A stretch of DNA of 64,000 nt from the human T2T-CHM13v2.0 reference genome, Homo sapiens. A program made the translations under genes and the position numbers. A model generated the notes under the pieces. It ran no database searches and had not been told where the DNA came from. It saw only the letters and a list, made by a program, of their open reading frames with translations. Positions 12,020 through 24,727 of this stretch are shown here, piece by piece. Every line of letters begins with the position of its first letter. Position 1 is the stretch's first letter. The DNA lies in NCBI RefSeq assembly GCF_009914755.1, contig NC_060929.1; one strand, written 5' to 3'.

Positions 12020-14195
12020 CCATCTATAACAAACCCACAGCCAACATTATACTGAATGGGCAAAAACTGGAAGCATTCCCCTTGAAAACCAGCAAAAGGC
12101 AAGGATTCCCTCTCTCATCACTCCTATTCAATATAGTATTCGCAGTCCCGGCCAGTGCAATCATGCAAGAGAAAGAAATAAAGGGCCTCCAAATAGGAAG
12201 AGAGAAAGTCAAACTGTCTCTACTTGCAGATGACGTGATTCTATATTTAGAAAACCACATAGTCTTGGCCCAAAAGCTTCTTCAGCTGATAAACAACTTC
12301 AGCAAAGTTTTAGCATACAGAATCAATGCATGAAAATCACTAGCCTTCCTATACAGCAACAATAGCAGCAATAGCCAAACTGAGAGCCAAATCAAGAAAA
12401 CACTCCCATTCACAATTGCCACAACAAGAATAAAATAACTAGGAATTTTATTTAGCTAACAAATACAGCTAACCAGGGAAGTGAAAGATCTTACAATGAG
12501 AATTATAGAATGCTGCTTAAAGAAACCAGAGAAGACAGAAAATTTTAAAAAAATGGAAAAGCATCTCATTCTCATGGATAGAAAGAAGGAATATCATTAA
12601 AATGGCCATACTTCCCAAAGCAATTTACAGAGTCAATGCATTCTTATCAAACTACCAATGACATTCTTTAGAGAACTAGAAAAAAAATTTAAAATGTATA
12701 TGAAACTAAAAAAGAGCCCAAATAGCCAAGGTAATCCTAAGCAAAAAGAACAAAGCTGGAGGCATCATGTTACTTGACTTCAAATTATACTACAGGGCTA
12801 CTGTAGACAAAACAGCATGGCACTGATACAAAAACAGGCACATAGACCAATGAAACGAATAGAGAGCCCAGAAATAAGGCCACATATCTATGACAATCTG
12901 ATCTTTGATAAAGCTGACAAAAACAAGCAATGGGGAAAAGACTCTATTTAATACATGGTGCTGGGATAACTAGCTAGCCATATGCAGAAGATTGGAGCTG
13001 GACCCCTTCCTTATACCATACACAAAAGTCAACTCAAGATGGATTAAAGACTTAAATGTGAAATTCAAAACTCTGAAAACCCTGGAAGACAATTTAGGGA
13101 ATATTGTTCTTGACATAGGAATGGGCAAAGGTGCCCAGGTCTTTGCATCATGACAAAGATGCAAAAAGCAATTGCAACAGAACCAAAAATTGACAAACGG
13201 GATCTAATTAAACTAAAGAGTTTGTTTCACAGCAAAAGAAACTATCAACAGAGTGAACAACCTACAGAATGGGAGAAAATATTTGCAAACTATGCCTCTA
13301 ACAAAGGTCTAATATCAAGAATTCATAAGGAACTTAAACAAATTTACAAGAGAAAAACAAACAACCTGATTAGAAAGTAGGCAGGGGACATGAACACCCA
13401 CCTTCAAAGAAGACATACATGCAGCCAATAAGCATATGAAAAAAAGCTCAATATCACTGATCATTAGAGAAATGCAAATCAAAACCACAATGAGATACCG
13501 TCTTACAACAGTCAGAATGGCTATTATTAAAATGTCAAAAAATAACATGCTGGTGAGGTTTCAGAGAAAAGGAAACATTCATACACTGTTAGTGGGAGCG
13601 TAAATTAGTTCAACCATTGTGGAAAGCATATGGTGGTTCCTCAAAGAGCTAAAAGCAGAACTGCCACTTGACCCAGCAATCCTATATTGGGTATATACCC
13701 AGAGGAATGTAAACCATTCTACCATAAAGACACATGCATATTAATGTTCATTGCAGCACTATATACAATAGAAAAGACATGGAATCAATCTAAATGTCCA
13801 TTAATGATGGATTGGGTAAAGAAAATGTGGTACATATACACCATGGAATACTATGCAGCCATAAAAAAAGAACAAGACTTCTGTAGGAACACGAATGGAG
13901 CTGCAGGCTATTATCCTTAGCAAACCAACACAGGAACAGAAAACCAAATACCATATGTTCTCACTTATAAGTAGGAGCTAAATCATGAGAACTTATGAAC
14001 ACAAAGAAGGAATCGAGAGACACTGGGGTCCATTTGAGGGGGAAGGTAGGAGGAAGAAGAGGAGCAGAAAAGATAACTATTGGGTACTGGGCTTAATATC
14101 TGACTGATAAAATAATCTGTACAACGAACACCCATGACCTGAGTTTACCTATGTAACAAAACCTCACATGTTTTCCTGAACCTAAAATAAAAGTT
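12020..14195 (+). mobile_element. 5'-truncated L1PA (~PA13-PA16): RT/C-terminal ORF2 and 3' UTR, disrupted
   Basis: ORF pieces [14 protein letters not shown]...[15 protein letters not shown] (RT FADD region), [29 protein letters not shown]; 3' end ...cctaaaataaaagtt; many frameshifts and stops. Confidence 0.96.
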
Positions 14196-15143
14196 TTCTT
14201 TTTAGATAATCATTTCTTAAATTATGGCCCAAGTTACATGTTTTGAAAGTATTTCTGTCATCACAAAATATCAATGTTCTCTGGCTGGTAAAATTGTAAA
14301 ACGTTATTTTTTGAATACATTATACCTTTCTCTATTTAACAAAGTGAATCCAAGCCAAACTCCTGTTTAATACACTACATCAACTTTAAAACTTTATTAA
14401 AGATACTAATAAGAACTTTGTTCAGAATCTTCTCATTGACTTTCAAATCTTCTACCTCAACATACCCAATGGTATATTGTCAAACAAGTGGTGTCTGTGG
14501 CCTGTTGTCAGAAGCAGAAGTTGGAATACTTCTCCCCACTGCATCTGAGTATTGGAGTTGCCAAGGAAAACACAATGCAGTCGAGCACTGGGCCAATACA
14601 CTTTACTCACAAAGAAAAGAGACAGAGGAAGACCAGCTTCAGTAGTAGGCATTGGTCTTCCATGGCCAGCAGGTCCTGGGAACTGGCACGGCGCAATTAG
14701 CCTGCACACTGTTCTTGCGCTGCAACAGAAGGACTCTGTCCACTCCCCACAGGGGACAGACATAGTAGTGTAGTTGGCCAGGTGCCATATAATTCACATG
14801 CTAAAGTAGAACAAAGACATATACATTGAGTCTAAAACCGGAAAAGCGATTCATATACAAGGTGTTAAGTATGGCATGGGGTGTGAGGCCTCTTCACTCT
14901 TGGTTGGAAAGTGTTCCATTCTTAGCTGACTGAGAGGAGGTCAAAAGACTGCACAGAAGATTGCCTTTTTCAACATACATTTCTACCTATATATCAAAAT
15001 TGGAAAAAGCCAAATAATTTTTGCTGGGATTTTAAAAAAATGTGCATAATGAAAAAAAATGGAATTCAATCATATGGAAGAGCCATGGTAAACTGTAACT
15101 CTGAAGAAGTGTATTTATAATCAAATACGGATTGTTGATTGTG

Positions 15144-15488
15144 ATGAAGAAAATTTGGTTTCATTGAAATGCAGGATATTTATGTACATGGAAAATAACC
15201 GGTTAAATGATACAATGAAGGAAAAAATTCCTCCTACAGGAAAAAAAAATCAACTAATATGAAGAAAATTTGGTTTCAGTGAAATGCAGGATATTTATAT
15301 ACATAGACAATAGCCAGTTAAATGACACAATGAAGGAGAAAATTCCTCATACAGGAAAAAAAAAAACCACTATTATGAAGATAATTTGGTTTCACTGAAA
15401 TGCAGGATATTTATATACATAGACAATAGCCAGTTAAATGATACAATGAAGGAGAAAATTCCTCATACAGAAACAAAAATCAACTAAG
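15144..15488 (+). repeat. Tandem repeat, 3 copies of ~115-116 bp
   Basis: Units start atgaaga(a/t)aatttggtttca at 15144, 15259 and 15375. Confidence 0.97.
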
Positions 15489-15610
15489 TATAAAGATACT
15501 AGGCAATGTGGAGGGGATAAAACAACAAATAAGGAAGTCAATACAATGCTCTTGAAAGGAACAAGAGTATAGTTGAACAAAAGAAAAGCATTTGCAAGAA
15601 AGAAAATGTT

Positions 15611-15768
15611 CTTTCTTTTTTTCTTTCTTTATTATCATTAAAAATTTCTGTAGAGACAGAGTCTCCCTATGTTGCCTAGGCTGGTCTTGAATGCTTGGGC
15701 TTAAGCAATCCTCCTTCCTCGGCCTCCCAAAGTGCTGGGATTACAAGCAGGAACCACTGAACTTGGCC
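15611..15768 (-). mobile_element. FLAM_C / free left Alu monomer
   Basis: gtagagacagagtctccctatgttgcctaggctggtcttgaa...cctcccaaagtgctgggattaca...ggcc; degenerate TSD tgcaagaaa(g/t)aaa at 15593 and 15769. Confidence 0.9.
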
Positions 15769-16012
15769 TGCAAGAAATAAAGTATTCTTGTATGGAATAT
15801 TTGAACTTTATAGAATGTCAATTGTCCCTAGTTTTTTTATGTTAAATTATAAATATGACTGAATCACAATAAAATATGCATTTTTTCTAGAAGCTAGATA
15901 AGTTGAATTTAAAATTTATTCAGAAAGATAATTATGCAAGAATAGCCTGGGAAAGATTGAAAACAAAAATTGTTGGAAAAGGGTTTGAGGGTGTTGTTTA
16001 TTAAAGTATAAT

Positions 16013-17700
16013 AGAGAGGAGTGACATTAGCAAGAGGGCAGGAGAAAGTCCCCTACTCATATCTTTCCACAGCAAAAATAATTTTGCAGCCATCCATGGA
16101 CAAAAGTGCCTTTGTGGGAGCCCTGGTATTCAGACAGGAAGTTGTGAAAGCCCAAAGGACCACAATACCTGAGAGGGGCATTTTGAGAAGGCACACCCAT
16201 GCCCGGGTGATAGAATCATCAAGTGAGTTTCCTGCTCCAGACCAGAAAACTGTTACATCCCCCTGTGGACTTGGCTACGTGCACATTTGGCCTTGATCCT
16301 GCTACCTGAACCATCCGCTCAAGAGAACTGGGAAAAGCCACACCCGCTTATGTCTCAAGTCATAGATCTGCCAATCTCTGTCCCAGTTGTGGACCCTGAA
16401 GTGGCCCTGAAATTCAGCTTTAGCTCCTCTCAACTGCATTCTGAGAGTAGGCCTGTTTGAACAGAATGCAAAGGAAAAAATGTCCATATGAATCGCCAGG
16501 GCAGTCTTGCTGATTTAAGTTCCATAGCAGGTCCTGAAACAACTCCAAAACTCAACTTCAATACCTCTTACCTGCAGTTTGAAAAGAGATCAACTGGGAG
16601 ACATGTCTGCCTATGGCCCCAGAGGCAGGCCCGCAGAGCTTGGTCTTGGCTGTGGACTCTAAAGTATCCCTTTGACTTGGTGCCGAGCTCTCTTAGCCAC
16701 AATCCTGGGCCAGTATTCCTTATCCAGGGACTCCACAAATGACCCACTGGGAGCCCTCTCAGTGATCCAGAGAAAGGGATAGCTATCTGTGTACCTGATA
16801 AGGGCCCACTGTCTGTGGATTCTGAACAGACCCTCATTCCAGTGCGAACTCTAAAGACCAAGGTCCTGGAGGTAATTCAGTTCCCCCAAAGACCAGACAA
16901 GATCCACACTTACTACAGTCCATGACAATTTGGCCTGCCAAGTGAGGACCCCACTGTAAACTCAGCAGCAGCCACATGACCTGGCTCCAACTCTACTTGA
17001 CCGTGATGCTGGAAGCAATCCTGTTAGCTTGTGGGCCTCAGAGGAGAAGGCCTTTACCTGCCTAAGCCAGTCTGTAAAGACTGAAAGAGGTTATTCTTCT
17101 TTCAAATACAGAGACAGCAATGCAAGTTCACTTGAATAATGAGGAATCAGGCAAACGTGACACCCTTAAATAAAACTAATAAAGCTTCAGTAACTGACTC
17201 CAAATAAGGGAGATCTATAACTTGCTTGAAAAATAATTCAAAATAACTATTTTAAAGAAACTTAATGAAATGGAGAAAATACAGATAGACAACTAAATAA
17301 AGAGAAAAATAATGCATGAACAAAATGAGAAGTTTAATAAAGAGGTAGAAATTATAAAAAGGAACCAAACAGAAACGATGGAGATGAAGAAGACAATGAC
17401 AGAAATAAAAAAAAAAAAATTCGATAGAGAACTTCAACAGCAAACTTGATCATGTAGAAGTAAGAATTAGCAAACCCAAAGGGAGGTCATTTGAAATTAG
17501 GCAATTAGAAGAAGAAAAAAGAAAAAAATTGTAAAGAAAGCATAAAGGAAACATGGCACACTATCAAGCATACAAATATACAGATTATAGAAGTTTCAGA
17601 AAGTGAAGAGGGTGAAAAAGGGACAAAAAGTTTATTTAAAGACATACTGGCTGAAACTTTCCAAACTTTGGGAGGGATATGGACATCCAGATCCATGAAG
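16013..17700 (+). mobile_element. L1M (L1MA/MB-era) 5' UTR plus ORF1 5' part, 3' portion missing
   Basis: GC-richer 5' UTR beginning gagaggagtgacattagcaaga; ORF1 motifs aattcaaaataactattttaaagaaactt, aaaggaaccaaacagaaa, ggacatccagatccatgaag. Confidence 0.82.
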
Positions 17701-17709
17701 AAAATGAGT

Positions 17710-18465
17710 GAAACAAAGTAAGAAATTCAATTTGTGAGAATTACAATGGTAAATTAGACTGCCAACATCTGAATAAACTGACTAATTTTAACATCTCTAA
17801 ATATGTGACAATAAGACTTGCTGTACCTCCTGGTATGATACAATAAGTACACACTACCGCCGATGATGCTTTTTTGCTAAAAAATATTCAAGCTAAGTCT
17901 TATGCCACTAAATATATATACCCATTCACAGGCAATTTAGGGGCTAAAGAAACATGTTCAATGACCTAATGCGGAAGTAGGCCAAATCTAGAACATGGGA
18001 AATTTTATAAGGCAAATAAGCTTATCTTCAACAAATAAATGCTGTGAAAAAATGGCAAGGCCATGGGGACAGTACAGGTGAAAGGAAACTATGTAAGGGG
18101 CATTTTAAGCAAATGCAATAAGTTGAGCTGATGTGAATCTAATTTGATCAAACCAAAAATCAGGAATATTTGGACACATATTAGGTATCAATTAACATTA
18201 AATACTGTTGACCTGATTAAGTGTGATAATGGTGTTGTGGTTAGCTTTAAAAAAACTCTATTTTTTAGAGATATTACATTGTGAAGAATTTATAGGAGAA
18301 ATGATATGTCAGGGTTTTGCTTTAAAACACTGAAATAAAATATGTGGGAAATAGAAGAGAGATTAGCAAACATTGATAAATGTTGAAACTAGGTGTTCAA
18401 TATATGATCAGTTTATTATACTATCATTTTTACTGTCTTACATTTAAACATTTTCATCATAAAAT
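17710..18465 (+). mobile_element. L1MC/L1ME-type 3' UTR
   Basis: gtgtgataatggtgttgtgg, aaatgatatgtcagggttttgctttaaaa, ttgataaatgttgaaactaggtg. Confidence 0.7.
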
Positions 18466-18499
18466 GAAAATATTCAAATATACACAACAAAAGCTGTGC

Positions 18500-18510
18500 T
18501 GCTGAGTCAT
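18500..18510 (-). promoter_or_regulatory. Perfect ARE/MARE motif (TGCTGAGTCAT = rc ATGACTCAGCA)
   Basis: Exact NRF2/NFE2/BACH-sMAF consensus in apparently non-repeat DNA; motif only, no functional data. Confidence 0.35.
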
Positions 18511-18982
18511 ATGCCATCATTTTAAGCCAGAGTTGGGAATGGGTGACTAATTGGCAACAATGGAACCCACGCAGTAGCAGAATATGCTTCTGTTTTGACA
18601 AGCAAAAACAAGCACATAAGAAAGTACTTTTATTTCCTTCTAGCTGCATGAAGGAGTTAATTAAAACCATGGCAAAAAAATATTATTTTAAAAAGAAGCC
18701 ACTCTCTTTTGAAAAGAAAAGGAGAGCACTGATCAAAGCCTGGCTATTCTGGAAAACAGACCCTGTGGTTCCAATACACAGCTCCTGTCAAGTCTAATAA
18801 AGGTAAAAGATACAAATAGGTGAAAACAATTATAGACAGCAGTATTTAATGCTAATATTTGTCTTTCTGTTATTTTTGTATGTGCTTCACAATAAGTAGC
18901 ATTTCCCCATGTTTTCTGATTGACTATGAATGAATCATGAGCACATTTATGTTATCATTGGATACCCTTATGTAATGATATA

Positions 18983-20115
18983 TAGTCAAACACTTCATAA
19001 CAACAATTAACAGCAGACCTCATATTCTACAGTGGTTCTATAAGATTATAATGGAGCTGAAATATTTCCATCACCTAGTGATGTCATAAGCATCATAACG
19101 TCATAGTGCAACACATTACTCATGTGTTTGTGGTGATGCTGATATAAACACACTTACTGCACTGCTGCTCATAGACAAATATAGCACATACAAGTATGTA
19201 TAGTATGTAATATTTTATAATGATAATAAATGATGGTTTCTGGTTTAGGTATTTACTATATGATTTATCATTATTTTAGAATGTACTCCTTCTACTTAAA
19301 ATAAAGTTGAGTATAAAGCAGCCACAGGCAGGTCCTTCATGAGGTATTACAGGCGAAGGCATTGTTACTGTAGATGACGATCCCAGGCCTGTTATTGGCA
19401 CTGAAGACATTCCAGTGGGACAAGATGTGCAGGTAGGATACAGTGATATTGATGATCCTGCTCTTATATAGGCCTAGGCTACTGTTTATGTTCGTGTCTT
19501 CGTTTTTAACAAATAAAGTTTTAAAAGTTCAAAAAAAACCTTACCATAGTAAAAAGTGTATTCAATAAGGATATTTAAAAAGAAGATAATTTGTACAGCT
19601 GTGTAGTTACTTCTGTTTGTGTTTTAGCTAGGTGTTATCACAGAGCCAAAAAAATAAAAAAAAAGTTAATTTGTTATTGAAGAACAATATTAAAAAATAA
19701 ATTTAGTCTAGCCCAAATGTGCAAGTGTACAGTGTTTATAAAGTCAATAGTAGTGTACAGTAATGTTGTAGGCCTTCACATTCACTCACCACTCCCTCAC
19801 TGACTCGCCTATAGCAATTTCCAGTCCTGCAAGATCTATTCATGGTAAATACTATATACAGGTGTACCATTATAAAAATATTTTATACCAGATGCTTACT
19901 GTACCTTTTCTATGCTTAAATGTTTAGATATATAAATACTTGCTATTGTGTTACAATTGGCTACAATAATCTGTACAGTAACATGCTATACAGGTTTATA
20001 TCCTAGGAACAATAGGCTATACCGGCTGTACCATACAGCTTATGATGTTTGCACAACCAAAGTGCCTAATAACACATTTCTCAGAACATATACCTGTTAT
20101 TAAGTGACACATACT
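18983..20115 (+). mobile_element. Tigger3b-like (Golem) TcMar DNA transposon, near full length
   Basis: 5' tagtca..cataac..gtggttctataagattataatggagctgaaa; 3' gcctaataacacatttctcagaacatatacctgttattaagtgacacat. Confidence 0.9.
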
Positions 20116-22028
20116 CTCTCTCTATATATATGTATATATGTATCTGTATTTGTGAATAAATATACACACATATGATTATCAGTATATAAGAATATAAGAT
20201 ATGGTAAACATTTTTTAAAACACAACTTAAAAATATATATATATATTTCCCCAAAACTAAAAAATATATATACAAAGATGAGTCTTGATTTATATCTTTT
20301 GAATAAATCTACTGTATTTTTTCAAAGTTTTAATTGCCAATACTTTAATAATAATTATAAAACTAATGTGTTCAAAACCTCTCTTTCTTCCAAAAGTAAA
20401 AAATACAATTTTACATATGGAGGAAATACTATGTGACAAATAGTTGCTTTTCATTTTATTGATGTTGCTCAAAGAAACATTACAGAATAGATACCATTTT
20501 CCATATCTCTTCTAAGAAAACTTGAGGCTTAGAGATGTTAAATATTTTCTTTCAGAGATATATCTATGAAAGAAAATATTTAGTTCTGTAATTATTATAT
20601 TTTATTATTTGTTCTAATTTTGATATAATACAATGTAATAGAAAATTTTATATACTCTGCTGTTCTTGAAATAGCACTTTTTCCTATTGGCAATACATTT
20701 CCAAATCATTTGAATGTCTTTTGCTACTGTGCCATTTGTAAGTGTATTTTGTATAGAGGATATGACATAAATATTTGTTCAATAATTTAGGCCAAAAATA
20801 TGAATACTCCATTTGAAGTTTTTTTTTTATTTGCATTACCTATAATTCTCAAAATGTTTTTTTCCTTATTGATTTCTCTCATTGAATTTAAAGCTCCTCT
20901 TTTATCTATGCCCTCACAAGACATTAATGCCTATTTTACAGACAAGTAATTACCCTGAGAAAGTGATATCCAAACTGCAGTCCTGATCATTTTAGAGTTC
21001 TGAAGGGTCCCTTTGAAGAAGAGATTCCAAATGAGAGCAGAAATAATCATAATGGTCTCCAGTCCTCCCTCTCCACCTCCATCTTACTTTAATCACTGCC
21101 TTTCTACTTCCATCTATATTCTATTTCTATATATATTCTATATGATTTAATTTTAACAAAGATTTTGAGGCTAAAGTCACTTCCTAGTAAAATTTTAACA
21201 CACTCGACTCCAAAACTATTGTTTGTCACTCTGAAAGTGTAAACTTTTATTCTATAATTGTCTTTGGAATACCTGTACTTTGCTAAGCATGTGGAAGAAT
21301 AAAAGCTCGGACACAGGGCTTACCCTTGAGAAGACTGAAGTCGAGGAGGAGAGGTAAGGGTGGCAGGTATATAATCAGCAGAGGGAATATAACACTCAGA
21401 ATGGGAAAGGGTTGGGGGAGAAAGAAGAGAGAATTGGGCAAAAGGAGGCAGAAAGAAAAACAATTTAAATAAATAAATAAATGGCAAAATGTTTTGCCTG
21501 TCCTGAAACTCAAGGGGCTTTTTCAGGGAAGTGAGAGCTTGAGTCTGCAATCCTCTCAGCCTATCTCGGTTCCCTCATCTTTACCAGGGTGAACATCTTG
21601 CAGAAAACAGGTGCGTCAAGTGTTTAGATAACTTTTTGCCCAAATATGGATCCCTATTGTATTAATTATTCAATTAAGAATAAACAACATATTACAACTT
21701 TTGAAACATTTAGCTGTGCTGGATTTACTGAAGTATGGTACAATAATTAACAACTTCAGAAATGATTTTTGAGATTTTTAAGAATCTGTTTATTGTCAAA
21801 TATCATTTTTACCTTATGCTCTGTCTTTTATAACATAAAATCCACTATGTCATACAATGTAAGTAGTAGTAAAGTACCACCAAATGGACCGAAATCTATT
21901 CCTAGAGGTAGCACAAAGGGTGACAATTTTATTTCGAGGTGATGAGTGGTCGTAACGGTAGCAGATTTCAGGTAGGACATGGACTAGATGTTAGAAAAGT
22001 GAAAGAAAGAAAATTTGCCTTGCAAGGG

Positions 22029-22054
22029 GTGTGTATGTGTGTGTGTGTGTGTGT
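22029..22054. repeat. (TG)n microsatellite
   Basis: gtgtgtatgtgtgtgtgtgtgtgtg. Confidence 0.9.
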
Positions 22055-23136
22055 GGTGCACATTTAAGAAAATGGAGTGGTATAGATAGCAAACAGAGAG
22101 TAGTGCAGTAGCTTATTTTGCTAGCTACACTGGGCTTCAAGTGGGAGAGAAAGTAAAACTTTTTCCCTTATAATACTTTCTCTCCTTCCTCAGATAGAAA
22201 AACGAGAATATGAGAAAAAAGAAGATAACAATTGGAAAGTAGAAATTCTCTGGAGAAGAGGTGATAAGTAGTTTAACCTTATTCTACACCAGTGATCAGA
22301 GAAAATCTTCCCAGATGGCTTGCCATGAGATTCAGGAAGTAAAGTCTCCTTTCTTAATGTATAAAAGGGTAAAGGTTTGAGTTCCATTGCACAGGTTTGA
22401 GAATGTATGACTATTGCCCAGCACTAACTTTTTACATTTAGATTTTAGAGTAGGTAGTGCTTTCCCTAACCCTTTAAAATATATTAGTCTGCATTGAACC
22501 TGCCTAGGTCAATTTAATATTTCAAATAAAGGAGTAAAACAGTAATTATGGCTTCTTGTACATAATGTAAAAAATTCCACAACAAATTTAACAGACACTT
22601 CAGTTTTCAAAGTGACACCATCACTTTTTGTGTGTGTGCCCTGGCTGGCAGTGTGATGAATGTTATTGCCAATACTGATGTAAATGGTGAACTGAACAAA
22701 ATATATCATTAGATGAGGGAATCTCGAAAGTTTAATGCTATGTGTTGAAAAGAGGCTTAAAGAACAAATTTCTTCCATTGGAAAAATATGTAACATCTTC
22801 ATATGACTTACACTGTCACAATCAGAGCCATACTCTCATTTTTCTTCTAAATCAGAGAATAAAACAAAATCCAATAAAAAAGAAAATTAAGCAACTGTGT
22901 CCAGAGTAGCTCTCCTCTTCAGTTCTTTGGTTAAAAAAAAAAAAATGCAAGAGACCAGGTCAAGTAAAGAAGTATACATCATTTATTGGCCTGAGGTATA
23001 GTTTTTCTTGCTAATCACATTAGTTTTCTTAATTTGATTGGATTTGATGTGTGGGGGTCAGTAATACGTTGTGAGGGATATTCCACTTGCAGAGTTTTTC
23101 GGAGTATTGGCAGGGAAAGCTGGCTTGTTCAAATCA

Positions 23137-23147
23137 ATGACTCAGCA
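23137..23147 (+). promoter_or_regulatory. Perfect ARE/MARE motif ATGACTCAGCA
   Basis: Exact consensus, overlapping AAATCAAT (ONECUT-like), in apparently non-repeat DNA; motif only. Confidence 0.35.
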
Positions 23148-24224
23148 CCATTGTGGGCAGTGAGAGCATCTCTCTTCTGTAGTTACATACACTTGGTGCT
23201 GAAGAGCTGTGTTAAGCAGGAACCTAACTTAGCAACGATCAGAAAAACTGAAAAATAGAGTCAATGTTTAAACAAGAAAGTAGGTAGCCAGAGAAGATCA
23301 ACACAAATTAGTAAGAGAAAAGTCTGAGGCAATATCGGAGACGAAGAGTATTTTCTCTGTATACACATTTGTTCTTAGACAAGGGAAACAGCTTAGTATA
23401 TGTAGTTTGTTGTAAGAGCAAGATTCATATAATGTCATCATAAAACAAATATATTTCCCTCATACTTGTTTTGAAATTTGTTCCCTAGGAATAAATTTAT
23501 TCTGCCCCAGAATAAAATCTCTAGCTGGTTCCAAAGCTGATTTGCTCACTCTTAGACGATAAGACTTCAGGTCACTTGAGTCAAAAACGTTTTAGTTCTG
23601 TAATAGGTATTTTCAGTCCAGTATAATAATCAAAATTCTGAAATTGTTCAAAGATAAAGCTTTCCCCTTCACTCAATTAAATCTAGCACAGTCTGGAAGT
23701 AGGGGCATGCAGAAAAGGACATGCTCAACTCTTTCTGGATTTTCAGCCTTATGAAGGAGAAGGAAAGATTGGTACCCACTGCACTGGTGCTGTTTTGAGC
23801 AGCAACACTGTTCAATGAGACTGGAGTATGTTTAAAGCTGATGTTTTTCTTTTGTGGAATGTTCCATCACTGAGGTGTCCCCTGGAAGTTACTCTCACTA
23901 GGCCAGTGGTAAAAGAGAAGAAACCAGCACGCTTCTCCGTGATGGAAAAGGTTGAATTTTTCTTCTTTGTCTGTAATGTAAGTCTTATAACCCTAGGTGT
24001 TTGAGGCCAAGGGGCACAGAAAGGATTCTAGCTACCTTCTTTGAATGTCCTGAATAGGTAGTCCAGTACCTCACTTGGGGATGTGCAAGTGTTTGCCATG
24101 TATTGTCATGAGGCAAGCAGTCCCACAGGAGTACACTACAACCTGACATTTCCATCCCTCATTCTTTAGCCTCACTGAAATTCCTTTTCTGTTTCTACAA
24201 ATTCTAGAAACTGTTCTCACCCCC

Positions 24225-24330
24225 CAGCTGCCCTTTACCTTTTTGAATCTTATTTGACAATTTGGGCCATTTGACCCTTCTCAAACTTATTCTTTTGACT
24301 TCCACACTACATTCTAATTCACCTCCCCTG

Positions 24331-24335
<5 letters not shown>
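24225..24335. mobile_element. L2 fragment
   Basis: atcttatttgac...catttgac...cttttgacttccacactacattct resembles the L2 RT region. Confidence 0.45.

Positions 24336-24366
<31 letters not shown>
24335..24366. repeat. (TG)16 microsatellite
   Basis: Direct read. Confidence 0.95.
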
Positions 24367-24368
<2 letters not shown>

Positions 24369-24727
24369 TTATTTATTCTGAAAATTTTTTTTAGATACAT
24401 GAATTGGGTCCTTGTCCTATGCTTTTTTACCTTGAAATATTGCTTTATTGTTTTCAATCCACAGAAAGTGACAAATGAAATTTTTATTTAGTCTTAATCC
24501 ACATTTGTGGTGGCAACTACCACATTTACATCAATAATTCTTGTGTTGCTATTGTTGAGTGATACTTCAGCATCAATTCAAATTATATTTTAGCTAGTCT
24601 TCAAACTGTGGAAACTAAAAAGCTAACTGTTACATTTAGCAGATTCCTTTATGGCTAAATATATAAAAGTGACTTAGGATCTATTAAACAAAGGTATACA
24701 CACAGGATCTAAAACATACAAAGTAAA

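Larger units (their letters stand above)
15100..15995 (+). mobile_element. Ancient L1 (L1ME/L1M5-like) ORF2 fragment carrying a tandem triplication and a FLAM
   Basis: aatgtcaattgtccctag, ttttttctagaagctagataagttgaatttaaaatttattc, gcaagaatagcc resemble old L1 ORF2. Confidence 0.6.

Noticed and set aside
12020-14195. Active reverse transcriptase or retro-system
   Set aside because: 5'-truncated L1 with multiple stops and frameshifts.
14627-14661. Iron-responsive element or pre-miRNA
   Set aside because: The loop is CAGTAGT rather than CAGTGN, the bulged C is missing, and the stem is too short for a pre-miRNA.
15144-15488. Regular repeats as a CRISPR-like array
   Set aside because: The units are contiguous tandem copies with no unique spacers, there are no cas genes, and the context is a eukaryotic L1.
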